A stretch of 41,918 bases of DNA from Candidatus Zixiibacteriota bacterium (GTDB lineage Bacteria > Zixibacteria > MSB-5A5 > GN15 > FEB-12), in contig JAOUEU010000002.1 in NCBI GenBank assembly GCA_029858555.1, positions 1 to 41,918 of the forward strand. Reading direction: 5' to 3'. Under the pieces are notes generated by a model. That model worked only from the letters and a program-made list of their open reading frames with translations, was not told where the DNA came from and did no database searches. This document shows, piece by piece, positions 18,718 to 27,959 of this stretch. Position 1 is the stretch's first letter, and the number at the start of each line of letters is the position of its first letter. Position numbers and translations under genes: made by a program.

Positions 18718-19824
18718 CTATCGATGCGATGCCTCTTTATAGAAAGGTGGTTTAACGACCGTCGCCTTGAACCGCTTGTCTCGTACGGCTATTTCCAGTT
18801 GCGACCCGGATTTCGCTCTCAGGAGGGGGACGTAACCCAGCGCGATCGGCTTTTGCAGCGACGGCGAAAAAGTTCCGGATGTGACTTTTCCCACCACCTC
18901 GTCACCGTCATATATGTCGTATCCGTGACGCGGGAAAGCCCGTCCTTCCATCTCCAGGCATACCAGCCGCCGCTTCGGCTTCTCCGCTTTTTCCCTGGCA
19001 ATGACATCTTTGCCGATGAAATCCTTGTCAAGGTACACAATCCAACTCAGGCCGGCCTCGATCGGGTTGGTGGTCTCATCAATGTCGTTGCCGTATAAAG
19101 CCATCTTCATCTCCAATCGCAGGCTGTCCCGGGCCCCCAGCCCGATCAACTGCATATCATGCTTCTGACCGGCCGAGGTAACGGCCCTCCAAAGGGTGTC
19201 AGCGTGCTCCGGCGGAATGTACAACTCAAAACCGTCCTCCCCTGTGTACCCGGTCCGGGAAAAAACGATCTCGACTCCGGCTACTGGAGCCTTCAGCCAT
19301 GTGTAGTAGGGCATGCTCTCGAGGTCGGCATCCGTCACCTCCGAAAACAGGCTCTGCGCCTTGGGGCCCTGGATAGCCAGCAAAGAGGTCTCGGCGGATC
19401 TGTCCACGACCGTGGCGTCGCCGAACAGGTGGGATTTCAGCCAGTCAAGGTCCTTTTTGATGTTGGCGGCGTTGACAACCAGCATGTAGCGATCCGGCAG
19501 ACGGTATATGAGAAGATCATCCACTATGCCGCCGTGCGGCATCGGCAGGCACGTGTACTGGATCTGTCCGATCTCGAGGGCGCCAACGTGGTTAGTAGTG
19601 GTTTTCTCCAGAAAGGCCAGGGCGTCTCTGCCCGAGACTTCAAATTCTCCCATATGGGAGAGATCGAAAAGGCCGACGTTCTTGCGGACAGCCAGGTGTT
19701 CGGCGGTGATGCTGGTATATTGTATCGGCATATAAAAACCGGCAAAAGCGACCATCTTTGCGCCCGCGGCTATATGGTAATCGCAATAAGGGGTTCTCAC
19801 CGGCTCAGGGGTTGCATTAGACAT
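18718..19824 (-). CDS. gcvT: Glycine cleavage system aminomethyltransferase (T protein)
   Basis: RTPYCDYHIAAGAKMVAFAGFYMPIQY...VGLFDLSHMGEFEVSG and ...SRTGYTGEDGFELY are diagnostic GcvT motifs. Confidence 0.92.
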   Translation of the reverse strand: MSNATPEPVRTPYCDYHIAAGAKMVAFAGFYMPIQYTSITAEHLAVRKNVGLFDLSHMGEFEVSGRDALAFLEKTTTNHVGALEIGQIQYTCLPMPHGGIVDDLLIYRLPDRYMLVVNAANIKKDLDWLKSHLFGDATVVDRSAETSLLAIQGPKAQSLFSEVTDADLESMPYYTWLKAPVAGVEIVFSRTGYTGEDGFELYIPPEHADTLWRAVTSAGQKHDMQLIGLGARDSLRLEMKMALYGNDIDETTNPIEAGLSWIVYLDKDFIGKDVIAREKAEKPKRRLVCLEMEGRAFPRHGYDIYDGDEVVGKVTSGTFSPSLQKPIALGYVPLLRAKSGSQLEIAVRDKRFKATVVKPPFYKEASHR

Positions 19825-19860
19825 GACGTTGTTCCTTACTATCGCTGCTACTGTTTCACG

Positions 19861-19889
19861 TAATTAAGAGCGCCGAAGACAAAAGTCAA
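19861..19889 (-). promoter_or_regulatory. Candidate sigma70-like promoter upstream of gcvT (TTGACT-17 nt-TAATTA)
   Basis: On the minus strand, TTGACT (19889-19884), a 17-nt spacer and TAATTA (19866-19861), about 35 nt upstream of ATG 19824. AAGGAA lies upstream of the start. Confidence 0.3.
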
Positions 19890-20039
19890 TACCTATGTCG
19901 GACTCTGCCTGCTGCGATTCGCCCGGGTAACGTCGGCAGCAGGAGGTGTGAACGACATCCAGGTTGCACCTGATAACGACCGGATCGTGTTTGCGCCCAT
20001 AAAGGGTGGTCAACCGCCCGTGAGCCGGTGCGCCATCCG

Positions 20040-20870
20040 TTACTTCTCGGAATCAGGTATAACTCGCTCACCGTTGCGGTATTCGTCTTTGAGCATCGGG
20101 TAACCGTTCTCGTCATAAACCTCATAAAGGCCGTGTCGCTTGCCGTCTTTGTACTCGCTTTTCGCTTTGAGTACCCCCGTATCGTAGTATTTCAGCCAGA
20201 GACCGTCCATTTTGTCATCCCGGTACTGACCTTTGTACTCGACCGATCCGTTGGGGTGCCAGGCCGTGTAGGAGCCTTCGAGTTTGTCGTTGACGTTGTA
20301 GCCTTCCTTCTGGAGCTTTCCGTCCTCGGTGAAATGCCGGAAGCGACCATTCTTCATCCCGTCGGCGTATACGATTTCCTGGCTGAGAGCGCCGTCCGCA
20401 TAGTACCAGCGGGCCGTGTCAACCAACTGGCCGTCCCGGTAATAAATCTCGAACTCCTTTATCCCGCTCAAAAACCATTGGGTTACCTTGCCATGCTTCC
20501 GGTGGTTGACATACTCTTCTTCTTTCTGCTTCTGCCCGTCCTCGTACCAGTACATCACCCTGATGTGCCTGTCCGCACGGTCACCGACAACGACCGCCTG
20601 CATCTTCAACTGGCCGTCGGGCCAGCGCTGCTCCCTCAGGACGCTATCCGCGCCTTCCGGTACGTCGGCAAACTCCAGTACCGGCTCGCCCAGAAGTCTC
20701 GGTGGTCTCTGCGGGATAGCCGAATCGCTGACGATCTCCTGACTCGTGATCTCGGTCGTCGAGTCGCTCTCGGTGTCAGGCGCGCGTTCGGCTTTCTCAC
20801 CGCCGCCACACCCGCACAGAATGCCGGCCGCAGCCATTATCAATATTGCATAGACTGTCTTTTGTGCCAT
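20040..20870 (-). CDS. MORN-repeat-variant (YwqK-family) lipoprotein
   Basis: Start moved to ATG 20870: MAQKTVYAILIMAAAGILCGCGG (lipobox L-C-G-C). The C-terminal two thirds consist of repeated G..G.....Y..NG... units (YYRDGQL, YYADGAL, FTEDGKLQKEGYN, YKDGKRHGLYEVY). Confidence 0.7.
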   Translation of the reverse strand: MAQKTVYAILIMAAAGILCGCGGGEKAERAPDTESDSTTEITSQEIVSDSAIPQRPPRLLGEPVLEFADVPEGADSVLREQRWPDGQLKMQAVVVGDRADRHIRVMYWYEDGQKQKEEEYVNHRKHGKVTQWFLSGIKEFEIYYRDGQLVDTARWYYADGALSQEIVYADGMKNGRFRHFTEDGKLQKEGYNVNDKLEGSYTAWHPNGSVEYKGQYRDDKMDGLWLKYYDTGVLKAKSEYKDGKRHGLYEVYDENGYPMLKDEYRNGERVIPDSEK

Positions 20871-20955
20871 TTGAAATCTTTTCTTCTTGTGTTTGCGGTG
20901 CGCTGTTTTCCTGCCTGTATGGCCAGACCGGGTTCGCGCCTGCGGCCTCCGTTTT

Positions 20956-23634
20956 CTACGATTTCCTGAGCATCTGTCTGAGCACCATATGCAGGATGCC
21001 GCCGTTGCGGTAATAGTCGACTTCAATCGGCGTGTCCAGGCACACCGTCACGTAAAATTTCCTTTCGCCTTTTTTCGACAGGGCTTTGACCGACACTGAC
21101 TGGCGCGGCTTCAGGTCGTTGGAGAGACCCTCGATTGTGAACAGCTCGTGTCCCGTCAGGCCGTGTGACTCCCTCGATTCGCCTTCGGCAAACTGCAGGG
21201 GCAGCACACCCATGCCGACCAGATTGGAGCGGTGAATGCGCTCGAAACTTTCGGCCAGAACGGCCTTGACGCCCAGCAGGGCCGTCCCCTTGGCCGCCCA
21301 GTCTCGCGAGGAGCCCATCCCGTAGTCCTTACCGGCCAGGACCAGCAGCGGTATCTCCTCTTCTTTGTATTTCATGGCGGCATCGTATATCGACATCTGG
21401 TCGCCGCTTGGCAGGTGGACGGTGACACCGCCCTCGGTGCCCGGAGCGAGAAGGTTGCGCAGGCGAATGTTGCCGAAGGTGCCTCGGGTCATAACCTGGT
21501 CGTTGCCCCGCCGTGATCCGAAGCTGTTGAAGTCGGCAAACTGCACGCCGCGGGAAAGAAGGTACTGGCCGGCCGGGGAGTCGGCCTTGATCGCTCCTGC
21601 CGGGGAAATATGATCGGTGGTGATAGAGTCGGCCAGGACCGCCAGCACCCGTGCGTCACGGATTGGTTCGATATCGGCCGGCTCCTTGGGTAAATCGATA
21701 AAGAACGGCGGCTGCTGAATATAGGTCGACTTCTCATCCCACTCATAAAGGTCACCCTCAGGACTCCGGATCTCGTTCCACTTCGGGTTGCCGTCAAAAA
21801 CGGCGCCATACTGCTCGCGAAACATCTCCGGCGTAATAGCCTTCTCAATCGTTTCCACGACTTCCTTCTCGGTCGGCCAGACATCCTTCAGGTAGACCTC
21901 CCGGCCGTTCTGGTCGCGGCCAAGCGGTTCACTCGTCAGATCGATATTGGCGGTGCCGGCGATGGCAAAGGCCACCACCAGCGGGGGAGAAGCCAGGTAG
22001 TTGGCCTTGGTGTAAGGATTGACGCGTCCCTCGAAATTGCGATTGCCGGAGAGAACGGCCGATACCACGAGATTGCCCTCGTTTATGGCCTCGACAACGG
22101 GCTCGGGAAGCGGGCCGGAATTCCCGATGCAGGTGGTACAGCCGAACCCGACATTATGAAAACCGAGCGCCTCCAGAGGAGCCACAAGCCCGGCACGCTC
22201 AAGATACTCCATCACTACCCGGGAACCGGGGGCGAAAGAAGTCTTTACATACGGTTGCGAGCGAAGGCCCTTGGCCACGGCTTTCTTGGCCAGCAGTCCC
22301 GCGGCCGTCAGCACGAACGGATCCGAGGTATTGGTGCACGATGTGACAGCGGCGATGACCACGGCGCCGTGACCAATCTGGCTGCCTCTGCTGCCGCGAA
22401 CCGGCACCTTGCGCTCCCGCTCGGACGCGGGTAGCTCAAAGCCCCGTTCCTTGACGGGCTTGGCCAGAGCGCGGCGGAATTCGTCGCCCATCTGACTCAG
22501 GACTATTCGGTCCTGCGGGCGCTTGGGACCGGCCAGGGAGGGTTCCACCGTCGAAATATCCAGCTCCAGGGTATCGGTGAACCTGGGGGCCGCCGACCCT
22601 TTCTCCCGGAAAAGCATCTGCTCCTTGGCATAACGTTCCACCAGGTCTACCTGCTCGTCGGTTCGTCCCGTCATACGGAGATATCCCAGCGTCGTCTGGT
22701 CGAAGGGAAAGTAGCCCATAGTGGCGCCATACTCCGGAGCCATATTGGCGACCATGGCCTTGACCGGCAAGGTCAACTCATCCAGGGCAGGGCCGAAGTA
22801 CTCCACGAACTTGCCCACCACGCCCTTTTTCCGCAACATCTGGGTCACTGTCAGCACAAGGTCGGTACCGGTGACTCCCTCGGCCAGCCGGCCGGTCAGT
22901 TTGAAACCGATGACCTCGGGCGTAAGCATGTAGATTGGCTGCCCCAGCATGACGGCCTCGGCCTCGATACCGCCGACTCCCCAGCCAACCACCCCCAGGC
23001 CATTGATCATCACCGTGTGGCTGTCCGTCCCGACCAGTGTATCCGGCATGGCCACGCCGTCTTTTACAAGCACGCATTTGGCCAGACATTCCAGGTTTAC
23101 CTGGTGGCAGATGCCGGTCGCCGGAGGTACGACGCGGAAATTCTGGAACACCTTCTGCCCCCAGTGGAGGAACTCGTAGCGTTCCCGGTTGCGCTTGAAC
23201 TCGCGCTCCATGTTTGCGGTCAGGGCATTGGCGTTGCCGAAGCTGTCCACCTGCACCGAGTGATCGATAACGAGGTCGACGGGAACCATCGGGTTGATCT
23301 TCCCGGGGTCGCCACCCATCCGGTCCATGGCGGACCGCAGAGCCGCCAGGTCGACTACCGCCGGGACGCCGGTGAAATCCTGAAGCAGCACGCGCGCCGG
23401 CTTGAACGGAAGTTCCACCTGACCGACATTGGCCGCGTCATACCCGGCCAGGCGCGTGACATCCTCCTCCCTTACAATTCGATTATCACAGTTTCTCAGA
23501 ACGGTTTCCAGCAACACCCGGATGGAATAAGGCAGACTTCCCAGATTTCCATAGGACGACAGTTTATCGAGGCGAAAAATCGTATACTCAGCATTCGCGG
23601 TTTTCAGCGTACCCTGCGCTCCCAAGGGATTCAT
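20956..23634 (-). CDS. acnA: Aconitate hydratase A
   Basis: 892 aa. [36 protein letters not shown] and CTTCIGNSG cluster-ligand motifs, plus the C-terminal swivel domain. GGAGG lies 6 nt upstream of the ATG. Confidence 0.93.
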   Translation of the reverse strand: MNPLGAQGTLKTANAEYTIFRLDKLSSYGNLGSLPYSIRVLLETVLRNCDNRIVREEDVTRLAGYDAANVGQVELPFKPARVLLQDFTGVPAVVDLAALRSAMDRMGGDPGKINPMVPVDLVIDHSVQVDSFGNANALTANMEREFKRNRERYEFLHWGQKVFQNFRVVPPATGICHQVNLECLAKCVLVKDGVAMPDTLVGTDSHTVMINGLGVVGWGVGGIEAEAVMLGQPIYMLTPEVIGFKLTGRLAEGVTGTDLVLTVTQMLRKKGVVGKFVEYFGPALDELTLPVKAMVANMAPEYGATMGYFPFDQTTLGYLRMTGRTDEQVDLVERYAKEQMLFREKGSAAPRFTDTLELDISTVEPSLAGPKRPQDRIVLSQMGDEFRRALAKPVKERGFELPASERERKVPVRGSRGSQIGHGAVVIAAVTSCTNTSDPFVLTAAGLLAKKAVAKGLRSQPYVKTSFAPGSRVVMEYLERAGLVAPLEALGFHNVGFGCTTCIGNSGPLPEPVVEAINEGNLVVSAVLSGNRNFEGRVNPYTKANYLASPPLVVAFAIAGTANIDLTSEPLGRDQNGREVYLKDVWPTEKEVVETIEKAITPEMFREQYGAVFDGNPKWNEIRSPEGDLYEWDEKSTYIQQPPFFIDLPKEPADIEPIRDARVLAVLADSITTDHISPAGAIKADSPAGQYLLSRGVQFADFNSFGSRRGNDQVMTRGTFGNIRLRNLLAPGTEGGVTVHLPSGDQMSIYDAAMKYKEEEIPLLVLAGKDYGMGSSRDWAAKGTALLGVKAVLAESFERIHRSNLVGMGVLPLQFAEGESRESHGLTGHELFTIEGLSNDLKPRQSVSVKALSKKGERKFYVTVCLDTPIEVDYYRNGGILHMVLRQMLRKS

Positions 23635-23677
23635 CGACGACCTCCTTTAAATCTCCTGCTATCAGATAGTTGCCCCA

Positions 23678-23706
23678 TATATACACAATAAACCGACATA
23701 TTTCAA
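23678..23706 (-). promoter_or_regulatory. Candidate sigma70-like promoter for acnA (TTGAAA-17 nt-TATATA)
   Basis: On the minus strand, TTGAAA (23706-23701), a 17-nt spacer and TATATA (23683-23678), about 45 nt upstream of ATG 23634. Confidence 0.4.
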
Positions 23707-23838
23707 GAGTGTTGGAGCATTGTGCGGCGGAATCTGAACACTTTCTTTTGACCGGCGAAACAAGTATCTTGAAAAATCAGTATCACCCGGCCGCGAACCG
23801 ACCGGATACAAAACCTACAGAAGGAGATTTCGGCGCAG

Positions 23839-24735
23839 GTGTTTCTTAAGAGAGTAAGCGAAAGCGACCTCGTCATAGGTGCTCCGGCAAAGGTCAACCT
23901 CTATCTCGAAGTCCTCGGAAAGCGCCCTGACGGTTTTCACGATATAAACTCGTTATTCCAGGCCGTTTCCCTGTTCGATCGCCTGCGATTCAAGCTGACC
24001 CGGACACCGCATATTGACATTAAGCTGAAGAATAATAATGACATACCGACCGGACCGGATAACCTCGTGGCCCGCGCTTTCCGCCTGCTCCAGAACGAGT
24101 TCGCACTCAAACGGGGTCTGGATGTTGCACTGGAGAAGAACATACCGGTCGCGGCCGGACTGGGAGGCGGTTCGGCTGATGCTGCCGCTACGATAATCGC
24201 CTGCAATGAGCTGTTTCATCTCGGTCTCGCACGTCGGGACATGGCTGATATCGGCCTGCAGTTGGGCTCTGATATCCCCTTTTTCTTCGGGACCGGTCAG
24301 GCCGTGGTCACCGGCCGGGGTGAGAATGTAGAAGACCGTCAATTGCCAACCGACTATTGGCTGGTACTGGTTAACCCGGCGGTCGCGGTGTCTACCCGGG
24401 CCAGTTACCGGGCGCTTAAAATGGACTTGACAAAGCCAAGAAAAGCCTTTAGTTTACCTAATTGCAGGACAGTTAACAACTTTGTAAGTCACCTGAGATT
24501 GTCCGGCAACGACTTCGAAATGTTCCATCTTGAGTCCTATCCGGGGCATGAGAAGATCAAAGATGGGCTGGAGAAGCAGGGAGCATCGCTTGTACGAATG
24601 AGTGGCACTGGCCCTACGTATTTTGGCTTGTTTGTCAATTATCCGGAGGTGCGGCCAGAGGAGTTATTTAACGGGGGAGATTGGCATGCGTTCACGGTTA
24701 GGCCAATTACCCTGCCCTTGCAGGAGAGAAGCTAA
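23839..24735 (+). CDS. ispE: 4-diphosphocytidyl-2-C-methyl-D-erythritol kinase
   Basis: APAKVNLYLEVLGKRPDGFHDINSLFQ and GHMP-kinase motif PVAAGLGGGSADAAA. GTG start with AAGGAGA upstream. Confidence 0.9.
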   Translation: MFLKRVSESDLVIGAPAKVNLYLEVLGKRPDGFHDINSLFQAVSLFDRLRFKLTRTPHIDIKLKNNNDIPTGPDNLVARAFRLLQNEFALKRGLDVALEKNIPVAAGLGGGSADAAATIIACNELFHLGLARRDMADIGLQLGSDIPFFFGTGQAVVTGRGENVEDRQLPTDYWLVLVNPAVAVSTRASYRALKMDLTKPRKAFSLPNCRTVNNFVSHLRLSGNDFEMFHLESYPGHEKIKDGLEKQGASLVRMSGTGPTYFGLFVNYPEVRPEELFNGGDWHAFTVRPITLPLQERS

Positions 24736-24747
24736 GCGGAGGAGACC

Positions 24748-25011
24748 GTGGAGATTACAGAGATTCGGGTGACGTTGCGGGACGAAGAGCGACTGAAGGG
24801 ATTCGCCAATGTAACCTTTGACGATGCTTTTGTCGTCCGCGGAATGAAGATTATTCAGGGTAATACAGGCTACTTCGTCGCCATGCCAAGTAGGAAGCGC
24901 CCTGACGGGTCTCACCAGGATATTGCTCATCCGGTCAATGGTGAGATGAGGAAACTGATTGAAGAAAGGGTACTTGCGGCTTACGAAGCGGAGTTGAAGA
25001 GTACCAAGTAG
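24748..25011 (+). CDS. spoVG: SpoVG family DNA/RNA-binding protein
   Basis: MEITEIRVTLRDEERLKGFANVTFDDAFVVRGMKIIQGNTGYFVAMPSRK is nearly the SpoVG consensus. Confidence 0.9.
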   Translation: MEITEIRVTLRDEERLKGFANVTFDDAFVVRGMKIIQGNTGYFVAMPSRKRPDGSHQDIAHPVNGEMRKLIEERVLAAYEAELKSTK

Positions 25012-25037
25012 GCGACGGTGATTCGGAAAATAATGCT

Positions 25038-25108
25038 TGGGGCGTCGTCAAGCGGCAAGACACCAGCCTTTGGAGCTGGCATCCCAGGTTCGAATCCTGG
25101 CGCCCCAG
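25038..25108 (+). tRNA. tRNA-Gln (anticodon UUG)
   Basis: Cloverleaf read by hand. Acceptor TGGGGCG/CGCCCCA plus discriminator G. Anticodon stem CCAGC/GCTGG with loop CTTTGGA (UUG). T arm CCAGG-TTCGAAT-CCTGG. Overall very similar to E. coli tRNA-Gln. No encoded CCA. Confidence 0.9.
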
Positions 25109-25125
25109 ATATGAAATTCGGCGAA

Positions 25126-25164
25126 AAACCTGTTTGAGACAGTGCCAGTCCGTCAAACAGGTTT
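25126..25164 (+). terminator. Strong hairpin after tRNA-Gln (12-bp perfect stem AAACCTGTTTGA/TCAAACAGGTTT); terminator or processing/attenuator element upstream of prs
   Basis: Perfect 12-bp inverted repeat with a 15-nt loop that can add a GAC/GTC extension. Only a short U-run (UUU AAC UUU) follows. Confidence 0.45.
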
Positions 25165-25190
25165 AACTTTGGTAGGGAAAGAGTCGGCCA

Positions 25191-26153
25191 ATGATTATTC
25201 GCGAGGAGATCAAGCTGGTCACCGGAACCTCCAACCGGGGGCTCGCAGAAAAAGTTGCGGCCTACGTGGGAGTGGATCTGACCGACTGTAGTGTCACCAG
25301 GTTTTCCGATGGTGAAGTGTTTGTCCAGATAAACGAGAACATCCGTGGCGCCGATCTGTTTATTATTCAACCCACTAACGCCCCGGCGGACAACCTCATG
25401 GAGCTGCTCATGTTGATTGAGGCATCACGACGGGCCTCGGCCATGCGTATCACGGCCGTGGTGCCCTATTATGGCTATGCCCGCCAGGACCGCAAGGACA
25501 AGCCCCGGGTGGCCATCACCGCCAAGCTGGTGGCCAATCTCATTACGACGGCCGGAGCCGACCGGATTATTACGATGGATTTGCACGCCAGCCAGATACA
25601 GGGCTTTTTTGATTTGCCGCACGATCACCTTTACTCCTCGGTCACGTTCAACAACCACTTCCGCGAGATGAATCTCGACCACCTCACGGTGGTATCGCCC
25701 GACGTCGGCTCTATCAAGCTAGCCCGGGCCACCGCCAATGCTCTTGATGCCGAACTGGCCATTGTCGACAAACGGCGCCCACAGGCCAATAAGTCCCAGG
25801 TGATGAACCTCATCGGCGACGTGCGCGGCAGAAACGTACTCATCCGGGATGACATGGTCGATACCGGCGGTTCCATCTGCCAGGCCGCCGAACATCTCAA
25901 AGAGCGCGGCGCCAAGGAGATTTATGCCGCCTGTACGCACGGGGTGCTTTCAGGTCAGGCTGTCGACAGGATCAACGCTTCCCCCATAAAAAAGATGATT
26001 ATCTCCGATTCCATTGACCAGAGCAGCCGCCGGCTGTCTGACAAATTCGAGATTCTGACCTGCTCAGGGCTGATCGGAGAAGCGATAAGGAGAATTTTTG
26101 ACGAGCAGTCGGTTACTTCGTTGTTTGATGAACCACTGTCTCAGATGGACTGA
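25191..26153 (+). CDS. prs: Ribose-phosphate pyrophosphokinase
   Basis: FSDGEVFVQINENIRGADLFIIQ, YYGYARQDRK and the PRPP-binding loop DDMVDTGGS. Confidence 0.93.
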   Translation: MIIREEIKLVTGTSNRGLAEKVAAYVGVDLTDCSVTRFSDGEVFVQINENIRGADLFIIQPTNAPADNLMELLMLIEASRRASAMRITAVVPYYGYARQDRKDKPRVAITAKLVANLITTAGADRIITMDLHASQIQGFFDLPHDHLYSSVTFNNHFREMNLDHLTVVSPDVGSIKLARATANALDAELAIVDKRRPQANKSQVMNLIGDVRGRNVLIRDDMVDTGGSICQAAEHLKERGAKEIYAACTHGVLSGQAVDRINASPIKKMIISDSIDQSSRRLSDKFEILTCSGLIGEAIRRIFDEQSVTSLFDEPLSQMD

Positions 26154-26195
26154 TAATTTAGTCGAGAACAACATACTGGAGGAATAAACAGAGCG

Positions 26196-26906
26196 ATGAA
26201 AGAAGTTTCGATTGTAGCCAATCCCCGCTCCAAAGTGGGTAAGGGTTCCGCCCGTCAGACTCGTATGGCCGGCTATATACCGGCGGTCGTTTACGGACCG
26301 GAAATCGATCCGGTGCCGATCTCGATAGAAGCCAAGGCCTTCCGGGCCGCCGTCAAAGGCTCCACCGGTGCCGGCACAATTTTTGACCTGGCCGTGGAAG
26401 GCAAAAAAAACAAGGTCGTGATCAGGGACATCCAGCGGGATCCCATTACGAGTAATGTGACTCATATCGATTTCCACGCTATTGCCATGAATAAGCCCAT
26501 TCACCTTTCGATTCCGATAAGGTTGGTTGGTGTCTCCGAAGGCGTCAAAAACCAGGGGGGCATCATGCAGACGACCATGCGCGAACTGGAAATCTCATGT
26601 CTTCCGGCCGATATCCCCGAAAAAGTCGAAATAGATGTCACCGGGTTGAACATCGGTGATTCGGTTCACGTCAAGGATCTGTCGATTCCCAACGTCAACA
26701 TCCTTTCCGATGTGCATAGCACGGTAGTGGTGATCTCAGCGCCGACAGTCCTGAAGTCTACCGCCGAAGAAGCCGCCGAGGCCGAGGCTGCTGCCGAGGC
26801 TGCTGAAGGTGAGGCCCTCGCCGAAGCTGCCGCGGGCGAAGAGAAAAAAGAAGAGGCCGGCGAGAAAAAGGAAGGCGAAAAGAAAAAGGAGGGCGAAAAG
26901 AAATAG
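26196..26906 (+). CDS. rplY: 50S ribosomal protein L25 / general stress protein Ctc, with an Ala/Glu/Lys-rich C-terminal tail
   Basis: ARQTRMAGYIPAVVYG....IQRDPITSNVTHIDFH is the L25/Ctc pattern. The tail is AEEAAEAEAAAEAAEGE...EKKEGEKKKEGEKK. Confidence 0.88.
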   Translation: MKEVSIVANPRSKVGKGSARQTRMAGYIPAVVYGPEIDPVPISIEAKAFRAAVKGSTGAGTIFDLAVEGKKNKVVIRDIQRDPITSNVTHIDFHAIAMNKPIHLSIPIRLVGVSEGVKNQGGIMQTTMRELEISCLPADIPEKVEIDVTGLNIGDSVHVKDLSIPNVNILSDVHSTVVVISAPTVLKSTAEEAAEAEAAAEAAEGEALAEAAAGEEKKEEAGEKKEGEKKKEGEKK

Positions 26907-26935
26907 AGCCCCCGTTTTCTCTGAATCTGAGCTTG

Positions 26936-26966
26936 AAAAACCGCCGGAACATCGGCGGTTTTTTTG
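26936..26966. terminator. Bidirectional rho-independent terminator between convergent rplY and the GIDE-like gene
   Basis: GAAAAA-CCGCCG-GAACAT-CGGCGG-TTTTTTT. The stem is flanked by an A-run and a T-run, so it reads as a terminator on both strands. Confidence 0.8.
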
Positions 26967-27022
26967 TTATCGACAGCCCTGGCGTACCGGCTGGTTTTCG
27001 CCTTGTGGCTCACGACTCATGG

Positions 27023-27847
27023 TTAAATCACGCCGGCGAAGTGCAGCAGCAGAACTACGCCGACCGTAAAACAAAGCGCCCCGGCCGCGAAACCACCGAC
27101 TGCCCCGCTTTTGAGTCTGTGGACGCATTGCTTTTCGTTGTTATCCGATATCATGAAAACAGGATCGTTCCTGCCCTTCCTGATTACAACATTGTCCGGT
27201 GCGCCCGTACCGCCGGCCGCTGTCCCCATTACGTATAGTTCGTCGCCGGGCAGGATAAGAAACTCGGAGAAGATCCGCCCGCTGTGTGGCAGCGACGCCC
27301 CGGGTTCGACCGGGATCAGGTTACGGGGGATATCGAGCGGGATTCCCGGGTCTTTGAATTTCCCCTGCGACTTTAACTCCTTCAGCTTCGCTATCCGTTC
27401 CGAGAGACTGGCCACGTCGCCCGGCTTCTGATGAAACACCTTCCTGACTCGGGTAATAGCAAACTGAGCCTCGGCCGGGTCAACTTTCACTGCGCCCGTG
27501 TCGTCCTCGAGAAAGAAAGGGATCGCTTTGTCACCCGTGGCCAGCGTTTTCATACCGCCCTTCCTGGAACCTCCCTGGCTACTCTCATATTTCTGAGTCA
27601 CGTACCTGTAATAAACGCAGGCAGTGCCGGAGAAGGGGGCTGTAATGAACCGTTCGGTTGACACTTTACCTTTGATCTCCACCAGCCCCATAGCCAGGGC
27701 ACGAATCCTGGAGGTGGGTATGTCTTTGACCATGCGGTACTTATGCAGGGAGTTAAACCCCAGATACAGCGCGACTGCTCCGGCCAGGGTGAAAACGACG
27801 GCTGCAATATATGCTCCTGGTCCTGCCATGCTCCTCTGTCCGATCAC
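27023..27847 (-). CDS. GIDE-domain-like membrane protein
   Basis: N-terminal TM helix, then YRMVKDIPTSRIRALAMGLVEIKGKV, which matches the conserved start of the GIDE (PF12483-type) domain. C-terminal TM helix. The start codon is uncertain (GTG 27847 or ATG 27829). Confidence 0.5.
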   Translation of the reverse strand: MIGQRSMAGPGAYIAAVVFTLAGAVALYLGFNSLHKYRMVKDIPTSRIRALAMGLVEIKGKVSTERFITAPFSGTACVYYRYVTQKYESSQGGSRKGGMKTLATGDKAIPFFLEDDTGAVKVDPAEAQFAITRVRKVFHQKPGDVASLSERIAKLKELKSQGKFKDPGIPLDIPRNLIPVEPGASLPHSGRIFSEFLILPGDELYVMGTAAGGTGAPDNVVIRKGRNDPVFMISDNNEKQCVHRLKSGAVGGFAAGALCFTVGVVLLLHFAGVI

Positions 27848-27959
27848 GTAACGGGTTCAGTATATTTCAGTCTCCCTAAGATATCCAATATTATCCACCT
27901 TGCCAAGCTGTTTTGGGATCGGGATGACCCTGCAGATGGTGCGGCGGGACGCGGTCTGC

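Noticed and set aside
20040-20870. The YwqK-family (antitoxin-annotated) MORN-repeat protein as part of a toxin-antitoxin system.
   Set aside because: It is a stand-alone lipoprotein with a signal peptide and no adjacent toxin-like gene. The antitoxin label for this family is a naming artefact in most contexts.
23659-23669. An 11-bp palindrome, CTATCAGATAG, in the acnA leader as a possible operator.
   Set aside because: A 5-1-5 palindrome is expected many times by chance in 42 kb, and it matches no operator consensus I know (it is not a Fur box).
26740-26906. Repetitive GAA/GCC/AAG-rich DNA at the 3' end of rplY as a possible repeat element.
   Set aside because: It is in frame and encodes an Ala/Glu/Lys-rich low-complexity tail of L25/Ctc. 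It is not an independent repeat or mobile element.
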